NCBI RefSeq assembly: GCF_009834535.1
Contig: NC_045707.1
Location: 17,856,001 to 17,920,000 of the forward strand
DNA from: Camelus ferus
Taxonomy: Eukaryota
DNA: 64,000 bases
Direction of reading: 5' to 3'
Shown here: piece after piece, positions 41,501 through 64,000 of the stretch
How positions within the stretch are numbered: the stretch's first letter is position 1
Layout of the letters: every line of letters begins with the position of its first letter
Notes under the pieces: generated by a model
Seen by the model: only the letters and a program-made list of their open reading frames with translations
Databases searched by the model: none
Told to the model about the DNA's origin: nothing
Translations under genes and position numbers: made by a program

Positions 41501-44500
41501 GCCTCANNNNNNNNNNNNNNNNNNNNNNNNNNNNNNNNNNNNNNNNNNNNNNNNNNNNNNNNNNNNNNNNNNNNNNNNNNNNNNNNNNNNNNNNNNNNNN
41601 NNNNNNNNNNNNNNNNNNNNNNNNNNNNNNNNNNNNNNNNNNNNNNNNNNNNNNNNNNNNNNNNNNNNNNNNNNNNNNNNNNNNNNNNNNNNNNNNNNNN
41701 NNNNNNNNNNATGCTCCACATGTGCATCTCCACCAGGCTGGCTGGCATGGCGCTCACACCACACTCAGGACTGGGCTCAGGTCAGGGTTCCTGACCCGTG
41801 CTGGCCCACCGCCCTCTCCCTCAGTTGGGCTCATCTCACAAAGGGATGGTTCACCTCTTTCCTGCCTCCATCCTGGGGTGGTTGTGAGAAGTGGGTGAGG
41901 TAATATATCGGGAAGGGCTTTGGAAACTAAAAAGCAGTGTTCCCCAGTCTTTTTCTTGACTTGACACACACATATGATCATTCAACAGCTTGGTAATAGA
42001 GGAGGTAGCTTGTGTTTGGAAGCATATGGCTGAGATTCTGGCTGCCCTGAAGGTGGAGGGCAGCATATCGTAGGCACTGCTATATTCGCCGGAGGCACAC
42101 GACCAGGGAAACCAGGGAAGCCGGGCTGGGAAGGCTTTGATTATGAAAACCTCGGCAGGTTCTGCCAGCGCCTCCTGCAGGCAGCTCAGCAGGTGCCGGC
42201 TGTTGGGGAAGGAACAGGCTAGTGGCCCTGGCGTGCATGTCTTTGTGGGATGATGATTCTTGACCCTGCTTGACCCTGCTCCTCTGAAGGTCACAAGTCA
42301 AACTTCAGGTTCATTCAGCTCTGGTTTTTTGCAGGTAGGCTGTTGAGTTCAGTTCTGTCTCAACTTGCCTATCATCCCCTATGACACAGCATTCTTGTGA
42401 CCCAAAAATGTGGAGAAGTATGAACAGTTAAATTGGAGCTTTTGGAATACTGAGGTTTCAGACTGGGTCAGTTTTCCCTTCTACTGCTGAGGGGTTTCTA
42501 AGCAATTGAACTAAATTATACCTAAGGTTTTTTAATTTTTATTGTTTTATTTTTTTAATTGAGGTGTAGCTGATGTACAATGTTATATGTTTCAGGTGTA
42601 CAACATAGTGATTCACAGTTTCAAAGGTTATACTCCATTTATAGTTATTATAAAATATTGGCTTTATTCCCTGTGGTGTACAATATATCTTTGTAGTTTA
42701 TCTTATAGTTTTTACCTTTTAATCCCCTACGCCTGTCTTGCCCCTCCCCCTTCCCACTGGTAACCACTAGTTTGTTCTCTGTGAGTCTGTTTCTCAAAAA
42801 TTCGTTAATTTTTTGATTCCACATATAAGTGATAACATACAGTACTTGTCTTTCTCTGACTTATTTCACTAAGCATAATATCCTGCAGTTCCAACCATAT
42901 TGTTGCAAACGGAACATTTTTTAACAGCTGAGTAGTATTCCATGGTATGTATATATGTGTGTGTACATATACCGCATCTTCTTTATCTAGTCATCTGTTG
43001 GACACTTTTTAAGTTGCTTCCATATCTTGGCTATTGTAAATAATGCTGCTGTGAACATTTGGGTGCATGTCTCTTTTCCAATTAGTGTTCTCAGTTTGGT
43101 TTTTTCTTTCTTTTTTGGATATATACCCAGCAGTGGGATTGTTGGGTCACATGAGAGTTTTAGTTTTAGTTTTTAGAGGAACCTCCGTACTGCTCTCCAC
43201 AGTGACTGTGCCAGTTTACATTTCCACCAGCAGTGTACAAGGGTTTTCTTTCCTCCACATCCTAACATTTGTTTGTGGTCTTTTTGATGGTAGCCGTTCT
43301 GACAGGTGCGAGGTGATATCTCATTGTGGTTTCAATGTACATTTCTCTGATGATTAATGATGTTGAACATCTTTCATGCTCCTGTTGGCCATCGGTATGT
43401 CTTCTTTGGAAAAATGTGTATTCAACTCTTAATGTCCTTTTTTTTTAAGTTGGGTTGCTTTTTGGCTACTGAGTTGTATGAGCTGTTTACATATTTTGTA
43501 TATTAAAGTTACACCCAGGTTTTAACTGAGCTTTGGGTTGGGGTCCAGACCAAGAGGTGCCAGGCATAGAGGAGTTCTTTTTCAGCTCTCCCTGAGAGGA
43601 GCACTTTTTCTACATACCACAGGTGTGATATATGGGCCTATTTTGAAAGGCAGTGTTGCATTAAACACTGATAATCCCCCAAATTCTTGAGGCATTGTCC
43701 TACCACCTCTTTAGGCTCAGGAGATGCAGCAACTGCTAATGCCATGTTACACATCGTGGGCTTCCCTGGGCCCACATCCCAGCCCTTGATGTCCAGTCCA
43801 GTACTCATCTTCTCCACCTGACTGGTGTGCTTAGCCAGACCCTCTCATGCCTCCTTAATTGGATTACTCAGTAGCCTACTCAGCCCACCTGGAGATTTAC
43901 CCCCACCTCAGCCATAGGGATCCACTCCCACCAAGCCCCTTACAGAACTCAAGACCTTCCCATTCAGAAGTCAGCAGCCCCCTCCCCACACATGCCGGCC
44001 TTGGCTCAGGCTTTGAGTGGCAGTAGAGTGAGTACTGGATTAGAAATCAGGTGACCTGAATTCTAGCCCCAGCACTGTTTGCTCGCTGACCTTTAGCAAG
44101 CTGCTGAACTCCCCAGTTCCCCCTTTCCTCATTCAGCTCATGTTGAGAGATCATCGCACGGCTGTTAAGATTAAATAACAGTGTATATGCGTAAACTTTA
44201 AAACCTACAAAGCTTTGTGCAAGTGGTAGGCGCCCTCCAGAGCATTCCTCCTCCTGCTATCTTAGATATACGAGAACTTCGTGGAGGAGGTGGATGCAGT
44301 GGACAATGGCATCTCCCAGTGGGAGGAGGGACAGCCTCGTTATGCGGTGACTACTACGCTGAGCGCCCGGGTTGCTCGGCTTAATCCCACCTGGAACCAG
44401 CCCAACCAAGACACTGAGGTAGGGAGGGCCCCGGGGAAGAGCCCATGAGGTGTGTAGGGAGCTCCGGGGAGGAAATGAGAGTGGTTGCCCCCATCAGGCC

Positions 44501-45328
44501 ATAGAAAAGTCCAGAGTTCCAGCCAGCACCCTGGTTCTCATTCCCACATAATTCCCAGGCCGGATTCAAGCGTGCAATGGATCTGGTTCGCGAGGAGTTT
44601 CTGCAGAGACTAGAATTCTACCAGCACAGCTGGCTGCCAGCCCGGGCCTTGGTGGAAGAGGCCCTGGCCCAGCGATTCCAGGTATAGGCCTGGGAGGAGG
44701 CACTGGGGCTCAGGAGTCAGTGACTGCTGGCGGGCTGCCAGTCACCAGGACTCCTGCTCTTACCCTAAGTCTTCTTGCCTTGCTCTGCTTCCCTTTCAGG
44801 TAGACTCAAGTGGGGAGATAATAGAACTGGCAAAAGGTGGATGCCCCTGGAAGGAGCACCTCTACCACCTGGAATCGGGGCTGTCCCCGCCGGTGACCAT
44901 CGCCTTTGTTATCTACACTGACCAGGCTGGACAGTGGCGGGTACAGTGTGTGCCTAAGGAGCTCCATTCATTCCAGAGCAGGTGAGGCCCCAGGGGACCA
45001 CCCTGCAGCCCTTCAGGCTTATTTCGACCCTCTCAGAGGAGGCCACTAACACTGCCTCTGCTACCCCTCTCCCAGTTCTTCAAGGCCTTCATTTGCTCCT
45101 AGCAGCTCCTTCTTTCTGCTCACTCGTAGGCTGCCCCTGCCAGAGCCATGGCGGGGTCTTCGGGATGATGCCCTGGACCAGGTCAGTGGGATTCCTGGCT
45201 GTGTCTTTGTCCACACCAGCGGCTTCATTGGTGGGCACCGGACCCGAGAGGGTGCCTTGAGCATGGCCCGCGCCACCTTGGCCCAGCCTCCCGCACCTGT
45301 GCCTCCCACACATCCCCTAGGCCAATAA
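38548..45328 (+). CDS. MYG1: MYG1 exonuclease (C12orf10, DHH-family), about 381 aa, 7 exons; exon 3 hidden by Ns
   Basis: Exons 38548-38763, 38956-39068, [exon 3, expected 160 nt, inside N-run 41507-41710], 44266-44418, 44559-44681, 44800-44981, 45130-45328. Motifs IGTHNGTFHCDE and RYDHHQR are present. Confidence 0.95.
40860..41345 (+). mobile_element. L2 3' fragment
   Basis: cagggacagggtcttag...gcctggcgtgtggtaagcatt...gaacgaatgcatga end. Confidence 0.55.
41507..41710. other. N-run (204 nt) covering MYG1 exon 3
   Basis: Direct reading. The expected exon 3 peptide is not found elsewhere between exons 2 and 4. Confidence 0.85.
42550..43500 (-). mobile_element. LINE-1 3' end (about 950 bp)
   Basis: ttttttaattgaggtgtagctgatgtacaatg through ttctttggaaaaatgtgtattc, the reverse of L1 ORF2 end and 3' UTR. 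Confidence 0.9.
44030..44230 (+). mobile_element. MIR SINE
   Basis: gacctgaattctagccccagcactg...aagattaaataacagtgtatatg. Confidence 0.65.
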
Positions 45329-45329
45329 A
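45324..45329 (+). terminator. MYG1 poly(A) signal overlapping its stop codon
   Basis: cAA TAA A; the stop is TAA 45326-45328. Confidence 0.75.
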
Positions 45330-45675
45330 ATTTCTTCCATCTCAGACTGACCAAGTGTCGCTCCATCACTGCCCTACACCATTCCAGGAACTTGCTGAAA
45401 CCTGGGAGGAGTGCGACACCTACCTGTGCCAGAGCCTATGCGAGGTATTTTCTGAGCTTTGCTTTACAAATCATTGGAAAACCACCCAGTTCCTAAGGTT
45501 AAATAGCTTGACCAAATTCAAAACTTGAACAAATTCATCACAAGAAGTGATGAAACAGTGAAAGAGCCAAGATCTTAACCAAAAGTCAATGCCCTTTTTT
45601 TTCTTCACTATACCCCAATGCAGCGCCCTGGAAAAGACAGTCTTGTAATTGAGCAGAAAACAAAAAAGGACATTT

Positions 45676-45679
45676 TTTA

Positions 45680-45681
<2 letters not shown>
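45676..45681 (-). terminator. AAAS poly(A) signal overlapping its stop codon
   Basis: Minus strand reads cag TAA TAA AAA; stop at 45682-45680; U-rich element downstream. Confidence 0.75.
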
Positions 45682-57230
<11,549 letters not shown>

Positions 57231-57444
57231 CCCATAGGGTTAAGCCTCCTGGAAGGAAAAGTGGGAAGAGTTGGGAAATAACATTTCCTGAGCACTAATT
57301 ATTGTAAGTGCTTGTATAATCTTTACAACAACCCCATGAGGTAGGTACTGTTAAATCAACATGAAGAAAGTGAAGCACAGGGAAATCAGACCTAAGAATA
57401 TCAAACCCAGGCATTTTGACTTCAGAATAATAGTGAGGTGGAGA

Positions 57445-57650
57445 GGAGAGGAGCAAAATAGGTGAAGGCGATTAAGTGTTCAAACTACAAGGTATAAAAT
57501 AAATACATTACAAGGATGTAATGTACAGCACAGGGAATATAGCTAATGTTTTGTAACTTACGGAGTATAATCTATCAAAATATCAAGTCACTAAGTTGTA
57601 TTCACCTGAAACTAATATATTGTAAATCAACTATACTTCAATTTTTTTTT
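57445..57650 (+). mobile_element. LINE-1 3' end fragment
   Basis: gtacagcacagggaatatagct...cacctgaaactaatat...tcaactatacttcaat. Confidence 0.8.
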
Positions 57651-58689
57651 TTAATGAGATTGATCTTATTCTAACTCCAAAGGATGGAACTAGCACTGGA
57701 GTCTAATGCAGAAAGGGGCTCCTCTTCTTAAAAGCTCCATGGCTTTGGAAAAATCGTTGAATTCTTTGAGATTCAGCTTTCTCACTTGCAGAGTGTTTAA
57801 TTATTACACATGGTTGTTTCCCATACAGAATAATGGAAATGAAGCCATTTAATAAATTGTGAAGTGCTGAATAGATATTAGAGATTATTAGCCATACAAC
57901 TCTGCGTAAAGTAGGTGACCTTGGGTGTTGGTTCATTCATTTAACAAATGTTAATAAGCAATTTCAAGCTCTGAGGACACAGAACTGCATAAGGCATAGT
58001 TCCCACTCCCAAGAGCAGCCAGTAGCATTCGAGAATCTAGGAGGCATTCTAGCTTAGCATTCTTGGATTCTGTGTTTGCTTCCCCTTTCTCATGAAAAGT
58101 TCCCCCCAAGAGAGTTATTCTGGGGTCAGAAAACAAGGGGCTCCAGAATGTTAACGGACATAGGACTCACCTGAGGATCTTGTTAAAATGCAGATTCTAG
58201 GGTGGAGAGTTGAAACTGTATTTCCAAAAGCCCCAAAGTGATACTGCACAGAAAACACTTTGAGTATCCCCTCACCCCTCCGTAATTAGTTCACCTGGAA
58301 AGTCACAGAAAACTTAAAAGAGAATGTTAAAAACTGGGGGTAGTTTGGAGAAATTGGCCGGAAAATATCTCCTTGTGAGCGGAAGCAGTACACATTTGAA
58401 GGAAAAGTGGGAACCCCTGACTGTGACAATTGGTAAAGAGCAGTGAGAAGCCACCCACAGTTTTTTTGTTTGTATCTTAATCATGACACCATCCAACCCG
58501 ATACCCCAAGAACTCACTACAGCCTAGGCCTAGAACTTCCACCCTCCCTTAAATCAAGCCTGATTTTCACCAACAGACTGTGTTATAATTATCAGCTGGG
58601 TGCCTGCCTCTTACCCTTAATGTGTCCTGGAGAGAAGAAACATGTGTATTCATACTCCGCCACCGCCTCCCCCATACAGCTTATTTAAC

Positions 58690-60110
58690 GTTTGCGGAAT
58701 GGTTTTTCACAATTTGCAGATTCTTGGGAGGCTATGAAGTCCAGGCCTAGCGCACTCCCCACTAACTTCACCAGGGGGCGCGGCGGTCCCGGCGACACAG
58801 TTACTGTGACCCACCGCCCCGCGGGCTATGGACGCTTAGCGGACGGTCTTCACCCGGCCCCTCCCTGCGACCTGAGCAGGAAACCGAGGCACAGCCCAAA
58901 ACTTATAAAGTGGGCCCCCCACATTGGGAGGCGGGAGGCATCGCGGGCGCCTGGGTGCCTGGACCCCGGCCTGCCGCCCCTTCCCGGGCGCGCTGAAGCC
59001 CGGCTCCCCGTCCGGGGGCGGGTAACCAGGCGAACATGGCCCGCCCATCGCTGTTTGTCCTGGCAGCGCGCCGCCGCTATTTGAGGCGGTTTTTATCTCC
59101 TAGAAACCAGCAAAACCCCAAGCGGAGTCTAGGGAAGATGAAAGGGGCCGAGGAGCCGGGGAGGGGAGGACCGCGAGGCTGCGGCGGGCGGGAGCTGGCA
59201 CCGAACAGGCGGAGCCCGGGAGGCGAGAGGGCCAGGCCCTGGGGGGTCCCGAAGAGCCGGCCCCGCGGAGGGGGGCCGAGCCCGGGGGTCCACTTACGGC
59301 TGCCCCCTCTCGCGGCCCGGCTCCCAGGCGCCCCCGCCCCTTCCCCACGGCTCTTCCGCCGCTGCCCCCAGCCCGCGCAAGAGTCCTCGGAACTCGAATT
59401 TCTTCAAAGCGCCTTTGAAGCCCCGCGCCCCGCCGGAGGGCAGGAGATTTCGCACCTGGACGGGGGCGGGGTAGGAAGGGGGACGGCCGCCCCATCCCAC
59501 CGCGATCACCGCCTGGGACCCTCTGACCCCTCCCCCGCTCCATTGCCCAGCGCCTCTTCCGAGCCCGCGAGGGGCACCGGCGGACAGGGGCTCCGCCTGC
59601 AGTCGGGTCCTAGCTAGGCGAGCTGCCCGCGCGCCCCTCCGCGCGGCGGGGGAGCCCTGGGGGGCGGGGGCCGCACAAAGCCCTATTGTAGCTGGGGGCT
59701 GGTCGCCACAGAGTGGCTTTTGTTCCTCCGCTAACTCCGTGGCCGGCACGACTGATTGCAGGCCCCAGGCCCGGGGCGGCTGACTTGCCAGGCGGGTCCG
59801 CCCGCGGGAGCCGCACCTCGCCCGGCCCGGGCCGCTCCGTGGTCCGCGCGGCGACAGCGGGGCCGGCGCTCTGCCCAGCCGCTGCCCCGGCCAGTTCTGC
59901 TGATGTCGAGCCCGAGAAAGAGCCGGGAAAGAAATCTCTCCACCTTCCCAACTCCGCAGAGAGCGCTGGGCGGTCACACACACACAAAAACAAAAAACAA
60001 AAAACTCCGCCGCGGGACCCGGCCGCCCGAAGTATTCTACCCCGGCCGTAACATGCAAACGGGCACGACACAATGCCCACGGGGACTCTCTGGTTTGCCA
60101 AGGAGAAATC
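58690..60110. promoter_or_regulatory. Large CpG island between the AAAS promoter and the SP7 3' end
   Basis: Very high GC and CpG density; no recognisable coding exon. Confidence 0.85.
58769..58781 (+). promoter_or_regulatory. CTCF motif (forward)
   Basis: CACCAGGGGGCGC, a near-perfect core. Confidence 0.7.
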
Positions 60111-60174
60111 CTGTGGCTCACACTTCTTCCCCTCCTTCCTCTTTTCTCACCAAGACAACATTTAAAATCGAACT

Positions 60175-60184
60175 TTTATTTATT
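60175..60184 (-). terminator. Probable SP7 poly(A) signal
   Basis: Two overlapping AATAAA on the minus strand about 1.6 kb past the SP7 stop. Confidence 0.6.
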
Positions 60185-61264
60185 AAATTAAAAAAAAAAA
60201 GACTCCATGAGGGCGTGATCCCCCGTCCCTTCCACAATATTACCCTCTCCCCAAGCTCCAGCGGCTTTAACCCTTTAACTTGGGGACCTTGAGGGAGCAA
60301 GAGACAGAAAAGGAGGATCCAAAGTCACAGGAAAGGCATTCAAAGGCACGAAGCGGCTTTAAAAGTCACTGGAGGTGGAGTTGGGAGCATCGGAAGTCCC
60401 AGGTTGGGACACACCCCCAAGTCGGCTTAGGGACTTATGTCCTCCTAGCTCTATAAATTCTTCTTTCTCATGGTTTCTAGGCACCAACCTAACACAGCGC
60501 CTGGCACAGAGTAGACAATAAATACTTGATTTCCTTGATCTGATCTCAGAGAAAGCCTTTCCCACCTATTCTTCAGGAGAGGCACCTCCAAACCAATGTC
60601 ATCCTCCAGTTAGGTGGGCTTCCCCAAAGAGCATGTCTATGATGGCAGCTGCAAGCTCTCCATAACCATGGCAACAAAAGATTAACCTGATGGGGTCATA
60701 GTGTCAGGGGAGGGGCAGTGGAAGAACCTGCTCTGGGGTCAAGGGAGCTGGGGTACATTCCAGTCCTCCCCTCCATAGGACTTGAGGTTTCACAGCTTCT
60801 GGCCGGGTCTGGAAATATTAGGGATCGCCTAATTGTGAGATACCCCATCAACTCTTTAACAGAGATCTAGCTAATCAACCCTATTAGCAAAGATTCCATT
60901 AAGAGAAACCCCATTAACTGAGACCCTGATGATAGAAATTCTATTAACAAGATCTCCACTATCACTTTTTTTAGACAGAGATGCATTTGGCTAAAATTTC
61001 CATAGCAGAAATGGACCCCCTTCCCTCCCCGGCTCACTCTAACCTGACCTGTCATCATAACTTAGATAAATAGAATTATTATTATTACTATTCATTTCTC
61101 TTGGAACATAAGGGTTAAATATACAGGCCTGGGGGCAGCCTTCCTGACCCTGGGGTCACCCCATCTTTGGGATCAGATCCCCACTGGTCTGCCTCCCTCT
61201 TGGCACCCTGCTCCCTGCCAGGTCACTAACCCCAATCCCCAAGCTCTAGTCCCTAAAGAAGAGG

Positions 61265-61277
61265 CCACCAGGGGGCA
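61265..61277 (+). promoter_or_regulatory. CTCF motif (forward) in the SP7 3' UTR
   Basis: GGCCACCAGGGGGCA. Confidence 0.65.
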
Positions 61278-61788
61278 ATAAATTATCATCATCTTCATCA
61301 TCATTGTGTTTGTTTAAAAAAAAAAAAACGCTCTAGAGCATAGAAGGCAGTGGACTGCAAAGTTGGGAAGACTGGAGCCTGGAAGCTAAGGGATAGTGGT
61401 AAATAAACTTAGGAAGCAGAAAGGATGCATGTCAAGTAGTTAGTGAGATGGAGAAATAATGTGTTGGAAGCCCAAATGGAGGGAAAGTGAGTTGGTGTGG
61501 AACAGAGGAGAGAGAATCTGAGCCTTGGGGAGGAAAGAATTTAAGAAGCCTGAGTGCAGAAATCAGGCACGAGGTGAAGGCCTGAGATGGGAGTTTGCGG
61601 AAGGGGCTCATGGCAAGGGGAGGAATTGAGCTGAGGAGGCGTGCAGGGAGATACCCAGGCCCAGAATGGCAGGGGCAAGAGATGGAGAGGGTCCCAAAGG
61701 GCAGCATGCACGGGGCAAAGGGAATGAGGGGCAAGCAGTGGTCCACAGAGCCAGGAAAGGCTGGCAAGGCAGCCGAGGGGCTGGAGAC

Positions 61789-63063
61789 TCAGATCTCCAG
61801 CAGGTTGCTCTGCTCTGGGCTGCCTTCGGGGGCTTTCTCCGGGGGTGCCGGCGAGGCCGAAGGTCGGGGCGGCTGACTGGCCTCCTCTTCCCCCGCGCTG
61901 CGGCCCTCCCCCAGCTCCTTGGGGCCGCTGGGAGGGGGGCCTGGGCCTGGCTCGCCATGGGTGCGCTGGTGTTTGCTCAGGTGGTCGCTGCGGGTAAAGC
62001 GCTTGGAGCAGAGCAGGCAGGTGAACTTCTTCTCCCGGGTGTGAGTGCGCACGTGGCGCTCCAGCTCGTCCGAACGGGTGAACCTCTTGCCGCAGAAGAG
62101 CCAGTTGCAGACGAAGGGCCTCTCGCCCGTGTGCCAGCGCAAGTGGGCCTTCAGGTGGGAGGCCTTGCCGTACACTTTGCCGCAGCCGGGGATGTGGCAG
62201 CTGTGGATGGGCTTCTTCCGCAGCCCGGCTGCTGCTGCCCCCAGGCGCTCCAGCTCCTGGCAGTTGGGGCAGTCGCAGGAAGAGCGCCCTGCTCCACTGC
62301 CCCCGTATCCAGCACTGCCCCCTGTGCCTGCACCTCGAGGGGTTTTGGCTCCAGCACTCCCCTCCAGCTGCCCGCTGTTGCCCACAGCCTTGGGCTTATA
62401 GACATCTTGGGGCAAGACATGCTGGGGCCCTGGTTGCAGGAGGTGGGGAGCTGGATAGGGGGCTGGATTCAGGGGGGCAAAGTCGGACGGGTAGGTGGGC
62501 AGCTGGGGGTTCAGTGGAGGCTGAGCAGGGCCCGTGGGCAGTGTCCCTTGCAGCCCATCACCCTGGCCCTGCCCACCACCTAGCCAGTTGCCCCCTGGGT
62601 GCATGTCCCACCAAGGTGTGGGGGCATTGCCCGGGCCCGGTGAGATGCCCGNNNNNNNNNNNNNNNNNNNNNNNNNNNNNNNNNNNNNNNNNNNNNNNNN
62701 NNNNNNNNNNNNNNNNNNNNNNNNNNNNNNNNNNNNNNNNNNNNNNNNNNNNNNNNNNNNNNNNNNNNNNNNNNNNNNNNNNNNNNNNNNNNNNNNNNNN
62801 NNNNNNNNNNNNNNNNNNNNNNNNNNNNNNNNNNNNNNNNNNNNNNNNNNNNNNNNNNNNNNNAGTCCATTGGTGCTTGAAAAGGGGGCTGGGTAGGCAT
62901 CCCCCATGGCTTTGGGGACCGAAAGGTCACTNNNNNNNNNNNNNNNNNNNNNNNNNNNNNNNNNNNNNNNNNNNNNNNNNNNNNNNNNNNNNNNNNNNNN
63001 NNNNNNNNNNNNNNNNNNNNNNNNNNNNNNNNNNNNNNNNNNNNNNNNNNNNNNNNNNNNNNN
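61789..63063 (-). CDS. SP7: Sp7/osterix last coding exon (three C2H2 zinc fingers); partial, exon 1 lies beyond the window
   Basis: Acceptor cttccctgtctccacAG ends at 63064. Buttonhead box CDCPNCQE; fingers [67 protein letters not shown]; ends QSNLLEI*. N-runs at 62652-62863 and 62932-63063. The ORF-track start at 63108 is intronic. Confidence 0.97.
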   Translation of the reverse strand, partial: XXXXXXXXXXXXXXXXXXXXXXXXXXXXXXXXXXXXXXXXXXXXSDLSVPKAMGDAYPAPFSSTNGXXXXXXXXXXXXXXXXXXXXXXXXXXXXXXXXXXXXXXXXXXXXXXXXXXXXXXXXXXXXXXXXXXXXXXXXGISPGPGNAPTPWWDMHPGGNWLGGGQGQGDGLQGTLPTGPAQPPLNPQLPTYPSDFAPLNPAPYPAPHLLQPGPQHVLPQDVYKPKAVGNSGQLEGSAGAKTPRGAGTGGSAGYGGSGAGRSSCDCPNCQELERLGAAAAGLRKKPIHSCHIPGCGKVYGKASHLKAHLRWHTGERPFVCNWLFCGKRFTRSDELERHVRTHTREKKFTCLLCSKRFTRSDHLSKHQRTHGEPGPGPPPSGPKELGEGRSAGEEEASQPPRPSASPAPPEKAPEGSPEQSNLLEI

Positions 63064-64000
63064 CTGTGGAGACAGGGAAGCATTGCTTAGAGGGAGAAGA
63101 GGAGACACACAGGACTGTGACCCAGAGACCTGGAGAACTGAACAAAGGGGTCAAGGGAGAGTTGAAGAGGATGGGGAATTGAGGGGTGGGGGAGGGGCAG
63201 TGAGGACTGGGACCCAGGGCAGAGCTTGGGCAGAGCTCAGGCAGAGTCTGGAAAAAGAGCAGAGGACTAGGACTGCAGACTAACCCCCAACCCAGGAGCA
63301 GGAAATAGAGCTCACTGTGGCGCTGGGGGTGTGCAAAGGCCTCCGAGAAACAGGAGATGCTTCTTAAATGGCTGTGAGAAGAGCTGGGGTTAGAGGCAGC
63401 ACCTGGGTGTGGTGAGAATTAGGGATCCTGACCCCTGGAAGTGGGTTTGGAACAGAGGCCATGGTCAGGGACTTGGAGAGGAAAGATGATGTTGAAAGAG
63501 CCGCGTGGGGAGAAGGCGAAGTCTTAGGGGACTGTAGTTGCTCCCATTCCAGATTTTTCCCAGCTTTATCCCTATTCACTTCCTGTCTCTACTTCATCTC
63601 TTGACTAAGGCAGTGGCCTGGTCTCCCTCAAGCCGTGTCCTCATGTCCCTGGTAAGGAATCTCTTGGCAGGCACTCTGGGACTGGGGAGCAAGAGGAAGA
63701 GACGGCGGAGACACTGGGACATTGAGAGGGAACAGGGCTGCCGCCAGCCAGGACTGTGGCTGAGGGAAGAATGTCTTTCAAGCGGGCACTGGGCACCTCC
63801 TGCTTTGTGGAGCCAACTGGTACCCCTTTGGGAGAGCTAGGAGAGCCGGAAGCCCTCACGCCGCCCAGGGCAGGGAATTGGGGTGGCTAAGACACTGGCT
63901 CACAGCCACACCGCTCCATGCCTCAGGGTCCCCTAATGTGTAGAGATCACTCAACTGGTCTCTCTGCACCCCTCCAGCACAGTGAGTGAAGGAAGATATG

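Noticed and set aside
59036-60292. Several long ORFs (112-275 aa) on both strands
   Set aside because: Arg/Gly/Pro/Ala-rich in all frames, as expected from stop-poor CpG-island DNA. No domain is recognisable.
61666-62583. 305-aa plus-strand ORF
   Set aside because: Antisense shadow of the GC-rich SP7 zinc-finger exon.

Overview
Mammalian genomic DNA. The tRNA-derived SINE family points to a camelid (alpaca, camel or llama). Gene order matches human 12q13.13: MFSD5(+), ESPL1/separase(+), PFDN5(+), MYG1/C12orf10(+), AAAS/ALADIN(-), and the last coding exon of SP7/osterix(-). I traced the in-window coding exons by hand from splice sites and reading frame; MYG1 exon 3 is hidden under N bases and SP7 exon 1 lies outside the window. 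Main points: (1) an unrecognised 170-aa Cys/Pro-rich ORF at 1094-1606 ends in a CaaX box preceded by a Cys cluster and basic residues, and is the best candidate for an undescribed gene; (2) ESPL1 has two separate +1 frameshifts, most likely assembly errors in an essential gene; (3) the four N-runs behave like length-preserving masks over conserved sequence, not scaffold gaps; (4) the convergent MYG1 and AAAS genes both have their stop codon overlapping the AATAAA signal; (5) divergent CTCF motifs and a gene-less CpG island lie between AAAS and SP7; (6) PFDN5 has a U12-type intron. No rRNA, true tRNA gene or CRISPR array was seen. Comparisons with human proteins are from memory, not from a search.
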